Virus record (IMG/VR): IMGVR_UViG_3300037043_000408
Coordinates: 1 to 36,975 of that record
Direction: 5' to 3' (one strand)
DNA: 36,975 nt
DNA from: a virus
Lineage: Duplodnaviria > Caudoviricetes
Part shown: positions 8,316 through 16,886 of the stretch, one piece after another
Numbering within the stretch: position 1 is the first letter of the stretch
How the letters are laid out: each line of letters begins with the position of its first letter
Position numbers and translations under genes: made by a program
Notes under the pieces: model-generated
The model's database searches: none
What the model saw: only the letters and a program-made list of their open reading frames with translations
Told to the model about the DNA's origin: nothing

Positions 8316-9211
8316 ACGATTTCGAACCGATGACGGGGCCTGATCAGTACCCGGACAAATTCACGCCGGAGGATCTCGCGATCGCCGTGCGCAACGAGGT
8401 TGCCGAGCTGGTAATCGACGATACGCAGGGCAAGCATGAGGTGCGCTTCAAGAACGGGCCCAGCTATGACGCGCAGACGGGCGAGAAGCTGGCCTTCACC
8501 AACAACGCGCCGGACACGGAAGGCTTCGTCACCGACGAGACCAAAGCGCTCGATGTCGAAGAGGTTCCCGAGGAGGTGCAGGATATCCCCGGCGATGATG
8601 TTCCGGATGCGGACGAAGAAGAGATCGACGAGGATGCCTTCGATGACGATCAGCCGGAAGAGATCGAGGCCGAGGCCGACTTCCTCGAGCAGCTCGACGC
8701 GGTGGATATCCCGCCGGCCGTGACCGAGGAAGACCTGGCGGCCGCCGGGCTCGGCGACGGGCCGGACTTCACGCATTCCGAGGCCCTGCTGGCGACGCTG
8801 GCAGCCGCCAATGCGGCGTCGCCGGAGTTCGAGGTCGAGCCGGATCTCGGCGAGGCGCTCTACGAGTTCGGCGCCCGCGAAGGCTGGATGGCGCCCGAGA
8901 CCTTCTACATCCATGCCTGCTTCCTGGCGGAGACGCCGCAGGGCACCTTCAGCGAGATCGACCAGGAAATGAAGATCTGGTTCACGGTGTTCGCCCGGAC
9001 CGGCGAGGCGCTGCACACCTACGCCGCCAGCCGCAAGCGGTGGTACGTCGATGCGATGAACGGGCTGGCCCGCGAGATCGACAAGACACGCCTGCGCCAG
9101 AAGCTCGCCGACCGGAGGGCGGTGAAGCTGAAGAAACGCAAGAAGACCTCGGACCTTCGCCGGCGCGCCGCGGCGAAATGGAAGAAAAAGCGCGCCTCGC
9201 GGGAAGGCTGA
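8312..9211 (+). CDS. Hypothetical protein with a very acidic N-terminal/central part and a basic C-terminus
   Basis: AGGAGG RBS; D/E-rich tract; K/R-rich tail. Confidence 0.85.
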   Translation: MNDFEPMTGPDQYPDKFTPEDLAIAVRNEVAELVIDDTQGKHEVRFKNGPSYDAQTGEKLAFTNNAPDTEGFVTDETKALDVEEVPEEVQDIPGDDVPDADEEEIDEDAFDDDQPEEIEAEADFLEQLDAVDIPPAVTEEDLAAAGLGDGPDFTHSEALLATLAAANAASPEFEVEPDLGEALYEFGAREGWMAPETFYIHACFLAETPQGTFSEIDQEMKIWFTVFARTGEALHTYAASRKRWYVDAMNGLAREIDKTRLRQKLADRRAVKLKKRKKTSDLRRRAAAKWKKKRASREG

Positions 9212-9289
9212 CGGTTCCTCCCTGTCTGCCTTCCCGCGCCCGGCGGCCCTTCCCCTTGGGGCCGCCGGGCATTCCTTCCGGCTACGGAG
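9201..9289 (+). ncRNA. Tandem hairpins with pyrimidine anti-SD-like loops (cuckoo-like), plus a hairpin covering the helicase RBS
   Basis: Stems at 9201-9234 (loop TTCCTCC), 9238-9270 (loop TTCCCCTTG) and 9276-9289. Confidence 0.4.
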
Positions 9290-9295
9290 TATTGA

Positions 9296-11131
9296 ATGAC
9301 CAATGTCGAACCGATCCGCGGGGCCATCGCCTCGGCCCAGCCTGTGCGCCCTGCCGGCGGCAGCGGCCGCGGCGGCGGCAATGGCGGCCCTGCGATCTGG
9401 GACGGGCCCGGCCTGCCGCCGGGCTGCCGGGTGCGCCCGGTCGGCGTGAAGGGCGTGCAATGCATCTTCCTCGACGCGCTCGACCAACTGACCTTCGCGG
9501 GCCCGCGCGAGCTCGGCGAGGCCTACCTCACCCACTATTTCGCCGGCGACACGCAGTTCCTGCAGGACTTCTGGCCGCGCATCGACAAGCGCGGCGGGGT
9601 CAACGGCTTCTCGCCGGAGGACGCGCGGCGCGCCATCCAGGCGGCCTGCAGCAAGTGCGGCATCTGGGACGATGCCGACAGCGTGCGCGGGCGCGGGGCC
9701 TGGCGAACCAAGGACGGCGAGCTGCTGCTGCATTGCGGGGACATCCTGGTGACGCGCTCGAAGATCGAGGAGCCCGGCGTGTTCGACAATGCCGTCTACC
9801 CGGCGCGCGGGCGGATCCGCCGGCCGCTCGACTTCTCGGCGCGTATTCCGCGTGCGGAAGATCCGAAGGCGGCCGCGCAGGAGGTCTATTCGCGCCTCCT
9901 GACCTGGAACTGGAGCCGCGGCGCGCTCGATGCGCGCTTCTATCTCGGCCTGATCGTGTGCGGCTTCCTGGGCGGCGCGCTGCGCTGGCGCCCGAGCGGC
10001 TGGGTGACGGCCGAGGCCGGCGTCGGCAAGAGCTACCTGATGGACCTGCGCCGCGACCTGATGGGCGGCTGGAGCATCAATGCCTCGGACGCGACCGCCG
10101 CAGGCATCTTCCAGCGCCTCGAGTTCGACAGTATCGCCGTCAGCCTCGACGAACAGGAAAGCGGCAGCGACAACCGCAAGCTCGACAGCATGGTGGAGCT
10201 CGCCCGTGAGGCGGCGTCCGGCGATCTGCGCCTGCGCGGATCCGCTGGCCATGCCGGCGTCAGCTTCGCGATCCGCTCGAGCTTCGTCTTCTCGTCGATC
10301 AACATGGCGCCGCTGAAGGACCAGGACATGAGCCGCCAGGTGCGCCTGCACCTGTCGAAGCGCGGCAGCAAGGCGCAGGACGCGCGCTGGACGCCGGTCG
10401 AGGCCGAGCGCTGGGGCCGCGAGCTGCTGCGCGTGATGATGGAGCGCTGGCACCGCTGGGACGCGACGCTGGACGCACACAAGGAGGCCCTGGCGCGCCT
10501 CGGCCATGACAAGCGCGGGCAGGACACGTTCGGCACGCTGCTGGCGGCGGCCGACCTGGTGCTGGCCGAGCGCGGCTACCTCAACCGCGACCAGCCGGAC
10601 GATGATCCTAACACGGAAGAAATCTGGATGCATCTCGAGCCGAAGGCGATGCCGGAATATGCCGACCGGACGCCGAACTGGCTCTCCTGCATCCACCATC
10701 TCGTCAGTGCACGGCCCAGGGACTGGAAGACCGGCGGCGAGGTGAAGGCCTCGCTCGGCGCGCAGATCGAGGCCTTCCTGGACGAGTATGGCGACAAGCC
10801 GGAGATGCGCACCGAGCTCGACCGCCTGAACGGCGTCCTGGCGCTCGGCGGCGTCACGGTGCGGTTCAGGGACAACAAGACCCGCTGGCAGCTGTGCGTG
10901 CCCAACTCGCATCCGCAGCTGACGAAGATCTTCGAGGGCACCGACTGGCCCGGCAAGCCGAACGCGCCAGGCGGCTGGGCCGGCGCGATGAAGGCCGGCG
11001 ACGAGGGCATCGTGGAGCCGGCAGCGAAATTCTATCTCGACGGCCGCCAGCAGCGCGGCGTCGCGGTCCGGCTGGACCGGGTGCTGGGCATCCGGGCGGC
11101 CGTTCTCAACGACCAGGCAGAGGAGACATGA
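9296..11131 (+). CDS. P-loop ATPase / replicative helicase (DUF927-like partner of the Toprim primase)
   Basis: Walker A AEAGVGKS, Walker B VSLDE, Arg-finger-like DMSR. Confidence 0.8.
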   Translation: MTNVEPIRGAIASAQPVRPAGGSGRGGGNGGPAIWDGPGLPPGCRVRPVGVKGVQCIFLDALDQLTFAGPRELGEAYLTHYFAGDTQFLQDFWPRIDKRGGVNGFSPEDARRAIQAACSKCGIWDDADSVRGRGAWRTKDGELLLHCGDILVTRSKIEEPGVFDNAVYPARGRIRRPLDFSARIPRAEDPKAAAQEVYSRLLTWNWSRGALDARFYLGLIVCGFLGGALRWRPSGWVTAEAGVGKSYLMDLRRDLMGGWSINASDATAAGIFQRLEFDSIAVSLDEQESGSDNRKLDSMVELAREAASGDLRLRGSAGHAGVSFAIRSSFVFSSINMAPLKDQDMSRQVRLHLSKRGSKAQDARWTPVEAERWGRELLRVMMERWHRWDATLDAHKEALARLGHDKRGQDTFGTLLAAADLVLAERGYLNRDQPDDDPNTEEIWMHLEPKAMPEYADRTPNWLSCIHHLVSARPRDWKTGGEVKASLGAQIEAFLDEYGDKPEMRTELDRLNGVLALGGVTVRFRDNKTRWQLCVPNSHPQLTKIFEGTDWPGKPNAPGGWAGAMKAGDEGIVEPAAKFYLDGRQQRGVAVRLDRVLGIRAAVLNDQAEET

Positions 11132-11134
11132 GCC

Positions 11135-11347
11135 ATGGAAAGATCCCCAGGTGAAGACCGGCAGGTGCTGGTGCAACAGATCGTCAGTGGACTGAACGGC
11201 CTGCAGGGCCGCGTGGTTCTGGAGAAGTTCGACGCCGAGAAGGGCACCATCCTGGTGCTCTGCTATCCCGACGACACCAAGCAGGATGATGCGGCCAACC
11301 GCTTCCTGGTGAAGGTCGAGCACCAGCTGAGGCCGAGCGCGAGATGA
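11135..11347 (+). CDS. 70-aa hypothetical protein (paralog 1)
   Basis: AGGAG RBS; similar to the next ORF. Confidence 0.7.
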   Translation: MERSPGEDRQVLVQQIVSGLNGLQGRVVLEKFDAEKGTILVLCYPDDTKQDDAANRFLVKVEHQLRPSAR

Positions 11348-11535
11348 CGCCAGGCGAGACCCGGCAGCGCCGGCGGCTGCTGAAGCGGATGAAGCGGGCC
11401 CTGGCGGGCGTGCGCGGCGTGTCGATCGAGGATTTCTCCGGCGAGGCCGGCTCGATGGTCGTGGCATGTGAGACGGCGCCTGGCGCGCCGCCTGACCGCT
11501 TCCTGATCGTCATCGGCCACCGGCTGACCCTCTAA
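11344..11535 (+). CDS. 63-aa hypothetical protein (paralog 2)
   Basis: ATGA overlap; shared pattern with the previous ORF. Confidence 0.7.
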   Translation: MTPGETRQRRRLLKRMKRALAGVRGVSIEDFSGEAGSMVVACETAPGAPPDRFLIVIGHRLTL

Positions 11536-11599
11536 CCCAACCAGGAGAGCGTCCGGGGCCGCGCGCCCCGGACCCCAGCGTATGGCCCGTTTGACCGAC

Positions 11600-11925
11600 C
11601 TTGAGACACAGAGGGGCCCCGGACCCCAATACCCGCAAAACATGGGGAAAAAGGGCGATATCGGCCTGGTGGGCGCTGTCTTGCTGTCTCGCTCGTGTCT
11701 TGTGATCAGCGAGGCTAGGCGCCTGAAATGATTAGGCTTTCATCGATCACAAGACAGCAAGACGCCAAGACACGCATCGCAGCCTTAGCGTGCGGGCGCG
11801 CGTGCACACATAAGGGGCTGTCGCTGTCTTACTGTCTTACTGTCTCAAAATGGAGATTTATATAATGAAATCAGAGGGAAAGCGTAAGACAGCGGCAAGA
11901 CGTTCCGGCTCCGCAATGTCTCAGG
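11600..11925. repeat. Iteron-like array of about 13 (GC)TGTCTT/AAGACA(GC) octamers in alternating orientation; candidate replication origin
   Basis: Copies at 11603, 11675, 11683, 11694, 11751, 11759, 11767, 11823, 11831, 11839, 11886, 11897, 11915, with AT-rich spacers. Confidence 0.75.
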
Positions 11926-12461
11926 ACGCTGCGGCGAATAAAATACTCGAAAATGATGCGCCAGCTGAGGCGGTGCAGGCGGTCGAGGCGGCCGTGGTGC
12001 AGGCGGCCGAGCCTGTCGAGGCTGTGCCTGGTCGGCCTAAGGGCGCGAGGAACAGGCGATCGGACGCGCTGCGGCAGCTGCAGGAAGAGCGCTTCGGCAT
12101 GACCGTGGGCGAGCTCCTCACGGAGACGCTGTTCGATGGCTTCGCGGCGCATCGTGAGCGCGGCGGCGCGCCAGGCGCGTTCCTGGAGGAGCGGGCGCGC
12201 GTCATGGCCATGCGGCTCGGCATCGATCGCGGCAAGGCGCTCGAGCACGTGAAGGCCATGGCCGACGACCTCATGCCCTACGTGCATCAGAAGCTGCCGA
12301 TCGCGGTCGAGGTCGACCAGCGCGGCATCATGGTCGCGGTGATGTCGCCTGATGGGGGTTTTGCTTCCCCCACGGGGGGCGCGGCGATCGACCTGCGGCC
12401 GGCCCAGGCGCGGCTGGAAGGGGCGAAGTCGGATGGTTTTAGTCGGACAGATGAGGAATAG
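11916..12461 (+). CDS. terS: Terminase small subunit (probable; start uncertain)
   Basis: GRPKGARNR motif, LMPYVHQKLP, position before terL. Confidence 0.7.
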   Translation: MSQDAAANKILENDAPAEAVQAVEAAVVQAAEPVEAVPGRPKGARNRRSDALRQLQEERFGMTVGELLTETLFDGFAAHRERGGAPGAFLEERARVMAMRLGIDRGKALEHVKAMADDLMPYVHQKLPIAVEVDQRGIMVAVMSPDGGFASPTGGAAIDLRPAQARLEGAKSDGFSRTDEE

Positions 12462-12748
12462 TACAATGGATACAAGGCGTAAGCGTGGATTTCAGGATAA
12501 GGGGACGTTATCCGGCGCCGCAAAATCGGTCCGATACCCCCCCTTCGGCCGGCGCGCGCGCCTGGCAAACGGGCCCCCGGAAATCGCGCGCGCTCCGGGA
12601 GGAGGGCCCCTTTCCTTCACCGGTTCAGGATCCGCAGGAGGGCGCCTGGCGGCGCCGGCGCGCCCAGGGGAGGGCGAGGCCCGCCCGAACCCGGTTTTCG
12701 CCCGCCTTGGCACCTGTCAGCTCAACCTGGGGTCCGGGGTGCGGGCCC

Positions 12749-14284
12749 ATGGCTGACGATATCGAGACCTATCGCCCGCTCGACGAGCTCGCCGGCCGCT
12801 ACCGGATTTCCGAGTGGAAGCCGCCAGGCCCCGGCGCGATGCGCTACCTGAACTCCACCGCCCTGATCCGGGCCTTGGGCGGGCCCTACGGCTCGGCGAA
12901 GACGACGACGTGCGAGATCGGGGAAGTGTTCTGCGCCCAGCGCTCACCGATGTGCCTGGACGGGGTGCGGCGCTACAAGGTGCTGACCATCCGGGACAGC
13001 TACCGGCAGCTCTACAAGACGGCCATCCAGACCTGGCACGAATGGTTTCCGCCCTCGGCGGGCCAGTGGACCGGTGGCCAGGACCGGCCCGCCGAGCACC
13101 GGCTGCGCTTCCTGGATGAGTACGGGCCGACGGAATTCATCCACCAGTTCGCGGCGATCCCGGACGGCGAGATCCGCGACTGGCTCGACGGTTTCGAAGT
13201 GTCCTCGATCTTCATCAACGCCGCCACCAGCGTGCCGCGCGAGGTGGTCAATTACGGCATCGGGCGGATCGGCCGCTACCCCGCGCAGCGCCTGCTGCCG
13301 AAGGGTTTCGCGATCGACAAGCACATCGCGATGGACCTCAACAAGGCGGATGTCGATCACTGGCTGTATGACATGCTGGTGATGAACCGCGACGCGGACG
13401 TGGTCGACTTCATCGACCTGCCGGGCGGCATGGATCCGGGCGCCGAGAACGTGGGGAACCTCACGCCCGGCTATTACCAGGCGATGATCAAGGCCAACCC
13501 CGAATGGTGGGTGAATATCTACGTTCACAACCGCTGGGGGCCGTCGCGGCACGGGCGGCCGGTGTATGACACGTTCCGCCAGGACCGGCATGTGGCGCGC
13601 CACGATTTCGACGCCGATCCGTCGCTGGACCTGTGCATCGGTCTTGATGCCGGGACCGAGACAGGCGGGCGGCCTGCGGCCGTCATTTTCCAGGTGACGC
13701 CCTTCGGGCGGGTCAGGATCCTCGACGAGCTCTACCTGGGCCGGTGCGGGCCCAGCAAGTTCTTCGAGGCGCTGCTGGGCCTGCTCGACCAGAAACACCT
13801 GCGCGCGGCCGCGCACCGGCTGCGGATCTGGTGCGACCCGTCCGCCTTCGGCGGCGGCGACAAGGAAAGCGGCGAGGCGACCTGGGTCGAGATGGGCGAG
13901 GAAGCGCTCGGCGTGCAGATCGATCCGCCGGAAAGCAACGAGCTCGAGGGGTTCCGGCTCGAGACGGTGCGGATCCTGCTGCGCGAGGCCGAAGGCGACG
14001 AGCAGGGCATCGTCTTCTCGCCGCGCTGCGGCCTGCTGATCAAGGGGATGAACTCCGGCTATTGCTACGAGATCCGCGAGATTGCCGGCAAGCGCACCGA
14101 GGACCCGAAGCCGAAGAAAAACGATGCCAGCCACCCCCAGGACGCCCTCGGGCACGGGCTGACGGGCTTCTTCGGGCGGGCCTTCGTGACCAATGCGACG
14201 CGCCGGCGGATCGATCCGGAGCGCCAGGGCGCGCGGGGGCTTTCGACGCCGGGGTTCACGGCCGATTTCGATCTGTTCGAATGA
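12749..14284 (+). CDS. terL: Terminase large subunit
   Basis: Walker A GPYGSAKTT; RNase H-like CIGLDAG, ILDE, SHPQDAL. Confidence 0.93.
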   Translation: MADDIETYRPLDELAGRYRISEWKPPGPGAMRYLNSTALIRALGGPYGSAKTTTCEIGEVFCAQRSPMCLDGVRRYKVLTIRDSYRQLYKTAIQTWHEWFPPSAGQWTGGQDRPAEHRLRFLDEYGPTEFIHQFAAIPDGEIRDWLDGFEVSSIFINAATSVPREVVNYGIGRIGRYPAQRLLPKGFAIDKHIAMDLNKADVDHWLYDMLVMNRDADVVDFIDLPGGMDPGAENVGNLTPGYYQAMIKANPEWWVNIYVHNRWGPSRHGRPVYDTFRQDRHVARHDFDADPSLDLCIGLDAGTETGGRPAAVIFQVTPFGRVRILDELYLGRCGPSKFFEALLGLLDQKHLRAAAHRLRIWCDPSAFGGGDKESGEATWVEMGEEALGVQIDPPESNELEGFRLETVRILLREAEGDEQGIVFSPRCGLLIKGMNSGYCYEIREIAGKRTEDPKPKKNDASHPQDALGHGLTGFFGRAFVTNATRRRIDPERQGARGLSTPGFTADFDLFE

Positions 14285-14691
14285 GGCTGCGCGCCGCCAC
14301 CCTTGCCGACCTGGCCGAGCTGCTGCCGCCGCGGCTGCCGCGCCTGTTCGTGCAGGCCTACGCCCTGCAGCTGCGCCGGTCGGCGGCGTTCACGGCCGTC
14401 GACGATGCCGGCGTGGCGCTGGTCGGCGGGCTCTACCCGGATCCGGAGAGCTGCGAGCGCGAATGCTGGCTGCACCTGCGCAGCGCCCCCCGGGTCAGGG
14501 TGAAGGATCTCCTGGTCGCGGTGGTGACGGTGCTGGAGGCGGCCGGGGAAGGCTGGCCGATCGTCGCGCATGTGGACGCGGGCAGCCCCCGCGACCTGCG
14601 CTTTGCCGAGTTCCTGGGGTTCGTAACACGCGCAGAGGTGCCCGCGACTACAGTCACGCCCCGATCCCTCAAGCTGGTGCGGAGCGTCTGA
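14281..14691 (+). CDS. GNAT-like fold / T7 gp13-like protein
   Basis: MRLRAATLADL start and AHVDAGSPRDLRFAEFLGF end are GNAT-like. Confidence 0.6.
   Translation: MRLRAATLADLAELLPPRLPRLFVQAYALQLRRSAAFTAVDDAGVALVGGLYPDPESCERECWLHLRSAPRVRVKDLLVAVVTVLEAAGEGWPIVAHVDAGSPRDLRFAEFLGFVTRAEVPATTVTPRSLKLVRSV
14622..14654 (+). promoter_or_regulatory. Late promoter motif, copy 1
   Basis: CGTAACACGCGC-N15-TACAGT upstream of the portal block. Confidence 0.7.
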
Positions 14692-14693
14692 CC

Positions 14694-14909
14694 ATGAAAT
14701 CGATAGGCAAGCTGTTCGGCGGGGGCAAACCCAAGCCCGACAAGCAGATGAACGCGCTGCAGCGCCGCCAGATGCAGGACGCGGCCAACGAACGCGCGGC
14801 CCTCGAGGCGGAGAAGGCGGACGTTTCGGGAGGGGCGCGGCGCGCCCGTTCCGGCCGGGCGCTGCTGAGCTATGCCCGCCAACGCGGCAAGACCACGATG
14901 GGGGTCTGA
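14694..14909 (+). CDS. Small virion protein (T7 gp7.3-like position)
   Basis: MKSIGKLFGGGKPKP...GRALLS, immediately before the portal. Confidence 0.7.
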   Translation: MKSIGKLFGGGKPKPDKQMNALQRRQMQDAANERAALEAEKADVSGGARRARSGRALLSYARQRGKTTMGV

Positions 14910-14913
14910 CCCC

Positions 14914-16518
14914 TTGGCCCTCACTGCTGAAAAGGCGTGCAAGCGCTACCAGAAGCTCTCGACCGAAGACGAGCAGTACTGGCAATCGAACCTGCAGGAC
15001 ATCTACGATTACGCGATGCCCTACCGGCAGGCGGCGGGTCATTCGGGCAAGATGGCCTCAGGCAAGACCCCGGGCGCCAAGCGCACCACGAAAATCTACG
15101 ATGCGACCGCCGTGATGGCGGCGCCGCGCGGCGCCGGCAAGCTGAAGGCGGCGATGACCCCGGATCATGAAAGCTGGTTCCTGCTGGCGCCGGGCCCGCT
15201 GGTTGACAAGAGCCAGGCGACGCGCCTGGCCAAGGAACTCGAGGACACGACTGCGATCCTGCGCGCGGTGTTCGCTGCCGGCGATTTCTCGGCCGCGGCC
15301 GATGGCATGTACCTGGACCTCTATGCCGGCCAGGGCGCCATGCTGGTGCTGAAGGGCGACGAGGAAGATCTCGTCCGGTTCGTGCCGCTCTCGGCCGAGA
15401 AGGTGGTGCTCGACACCGATGCCTATGGCCGCCAGCGCGGCTGGTTCTATCCGATCCGCATGGAATGCGGCGAGATCGAGGACCGCTGGCCGGGCTACAA
15501 GAAGCACCGCGACTTGACAAAAATGATCAGCGACAAGCCGGAAACGGAAGTCGAGCTGCTGCTGCACTGCTCGCGCGAAGGCCCGCGCAGGTTCACCTGG
15601 CAGGTGATCTGGAAAGAGAAATCGCACCAGCTCCACACCGAGCCGCTGCGCTCGTCGCCGTTCATCGTGCCGCGCTTCTTCGTGGTGCCCGGCGAGCGGC
15701 GCGGCCGCGGCCCGCTGATGCTGGCCATGCCGCACATCAAGACCCTGAACAAGGCCGTCGAGATGCAGCTGCAGGCCGGCGCGTTCGCACTGCTCGGCGC
15801 CTGGATGACCAGCGATGACCAGATCTACCATCCGCGCAAGATCGCGCTGGCGCCGGGCGGCATGGTCAAGGTGAAGCGCACGGGCGGCCCGCTGGGCGCC
15901 TCGCTGGCCCGCCTGCCGGTGGCGGAGAATTTCGATCTCGGGGAGATCATCATCGATGAGCTCAGGATGCAGATCAAGGAAATGCTCCACGATGAGCCGC
16001 TGCCGTCGGAAGCCGGCGCGGTACGCTCGCCGACCGAGATCGTGGCGCGCCTGAAGCGGCTCAGCCAGGACATCAATGGCGCGTTCGGCCGTCTGCATAC
16101 GGAGCTGTTCCGTCCGCTGATCGAGCGGGTGCTCGACATCATGCAGCAATGGGGTCTCGTCAGCGACAATATCCGCATCGATGACTACATCATGAAGGTG
16201 CAGGTGCTCTCGCCGCTGGCCAATTCGCAGATGCTCGAGGAAGTCGAGAAGACGGTGCGCTTCTACGAGATCCTCGTCGCCACGGCCGGCGTCGAGGAAG
16301 CGCGCATCTTCATCGATACCGATGCCTGGAGCGTTTGGCTGCATGAGCGGATGGGGATCACCTCACTGATCGTGCGCGATCCGGAAGAGCGCACGCGTCT
16401 GCGCGAAATCAGCCAGCAGATGAAGATGGCCGCAGCCGCGGCCGGGATCGACCCGTCCGCGGTCGCCAATGAAAACGAGGCCGGCGCGATGGGCGGGGCC
16501 GGGGACCTGGCAGCATGA
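14914..16518 (+). CDS. Portal / head-tail connector (T7 gp8-like); TTG start likely
   Basis: IYDATAV, SPFIVPRF..PGERRGRGP, RSPTEIVAR, FGRLHTELFRPLIER, VLSPLA. Confidence 0.92.
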   Translation: MALTAEKACKRYQKLSTEDEQYWQSNLQDIYDYAMPYRQAAGHSGKMASGKTPGAKRTTKIYDATAVMAAPRGAGKLKAAMTPDHESWFLLAPGPLVDKSQATRLAKELEDTTAILRAVFAAGDFSAAADGMYLDLYAGQGAMLVLKGDEEDLVRFVPLSAEKVVLDTDAYGRQRGWFYPIRMECGEIEDRWPGYKKHRDLTKMISDKPETEVELLLHCSREGPRRFTWQVIWKEKSHQLHTEPLRSSPFIVPRFFVVPGERRGRGPLMLAMPHIKTLNKAVEMQLQAGAFALLGAWMTSDDQIYHPRKIALAPGGMVKVKRTGGPLGASLARLPVAENFDLGEIIIDELRMQIKEMLHDEPLPSEAGAVRSPTEIVARLKRLSQDINGAFGRLHTELFRPLIERVLDIMQQWGLVSDNIRIDDYIMKVQVLSPLANSQMLEEVEKTVRFYEILVATAGVEEARIFIDTDAWSVWLHERMGITSLIVRDPEERTRLREISQQMKMAAAAAGIDPSAVANENEAGAMGGAGDLAA

Positions 16519-16886
16519 GCGATTTCAGCGAGAATATCGGCGACCTGTCCGACGTGATCGGCGGCTATGGCCGCACCACGAAGCGCGATGACACGACGCG
16601 CAACGCCGAGATCATGACGCCGGCGCAGAAAGCCTTCGAGCGCGACCGGGCGATGCGGCGCAAGATCGACCGGCTGTTCAGCACCAAGAACGGCCAGGAG
16701 GTGCTGGCCTGGCTGGTCTCGATCACGCTCGACCGCTCCGTCATCCCGTTCGACACGCTGGGCGTCTGGAGCCGCGACCAGCGCATGACCTATGCCGATC
16801 ACCGCGAGGGCGAGAACGAGCTCGTCCGCGCGATCATCCTTACACTGAAGGCCAATCGCAAAGGAGAAAGCGATGACGAAACGTAG
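16515..16886 (+). CDS. Conserved small protein after the portal (BPP-1 Bbp19-like)
   Basis: RLFSTKNGQEVLAWL...REGENELVRAI. Confidence 0.7.
   Translation: MSDFSENIGDLSDVIGGYGRTTKRDDTTRNAEIMTPAQKAFERDRAMRRKIDRLFSTKNGQEVLAWLVSITLDRSVIPFDTLGVWSRDQRMTYADHREGENELVRAIILTLKANRKGESDDET

Noticed and set aside
7943-11467. 1174-aa minus-strand ORF, and other long antisense ORFs (12944-14155, 20178-22445, 23077-25122, 27444-29063, 29938-32640)
   Set aside because: Shadow ORFs of high-GC coding strands; no motifs, and the opposite strand encodes recognisable proteins
11850-11915. Longer terS start at 11850, and similar upstream extensions of terL, portal, primase and cI in the ORF track
   Set aside because: The extensions run through iterons, operators or neighbouring genes; downstream starts fit the RBS or overlap pattern better
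11600-11925. Possible CRISPR or mini-array
   Set aside because: Repeats are 8 bp, in both orientations, with no spacer periodicity and no cas genes
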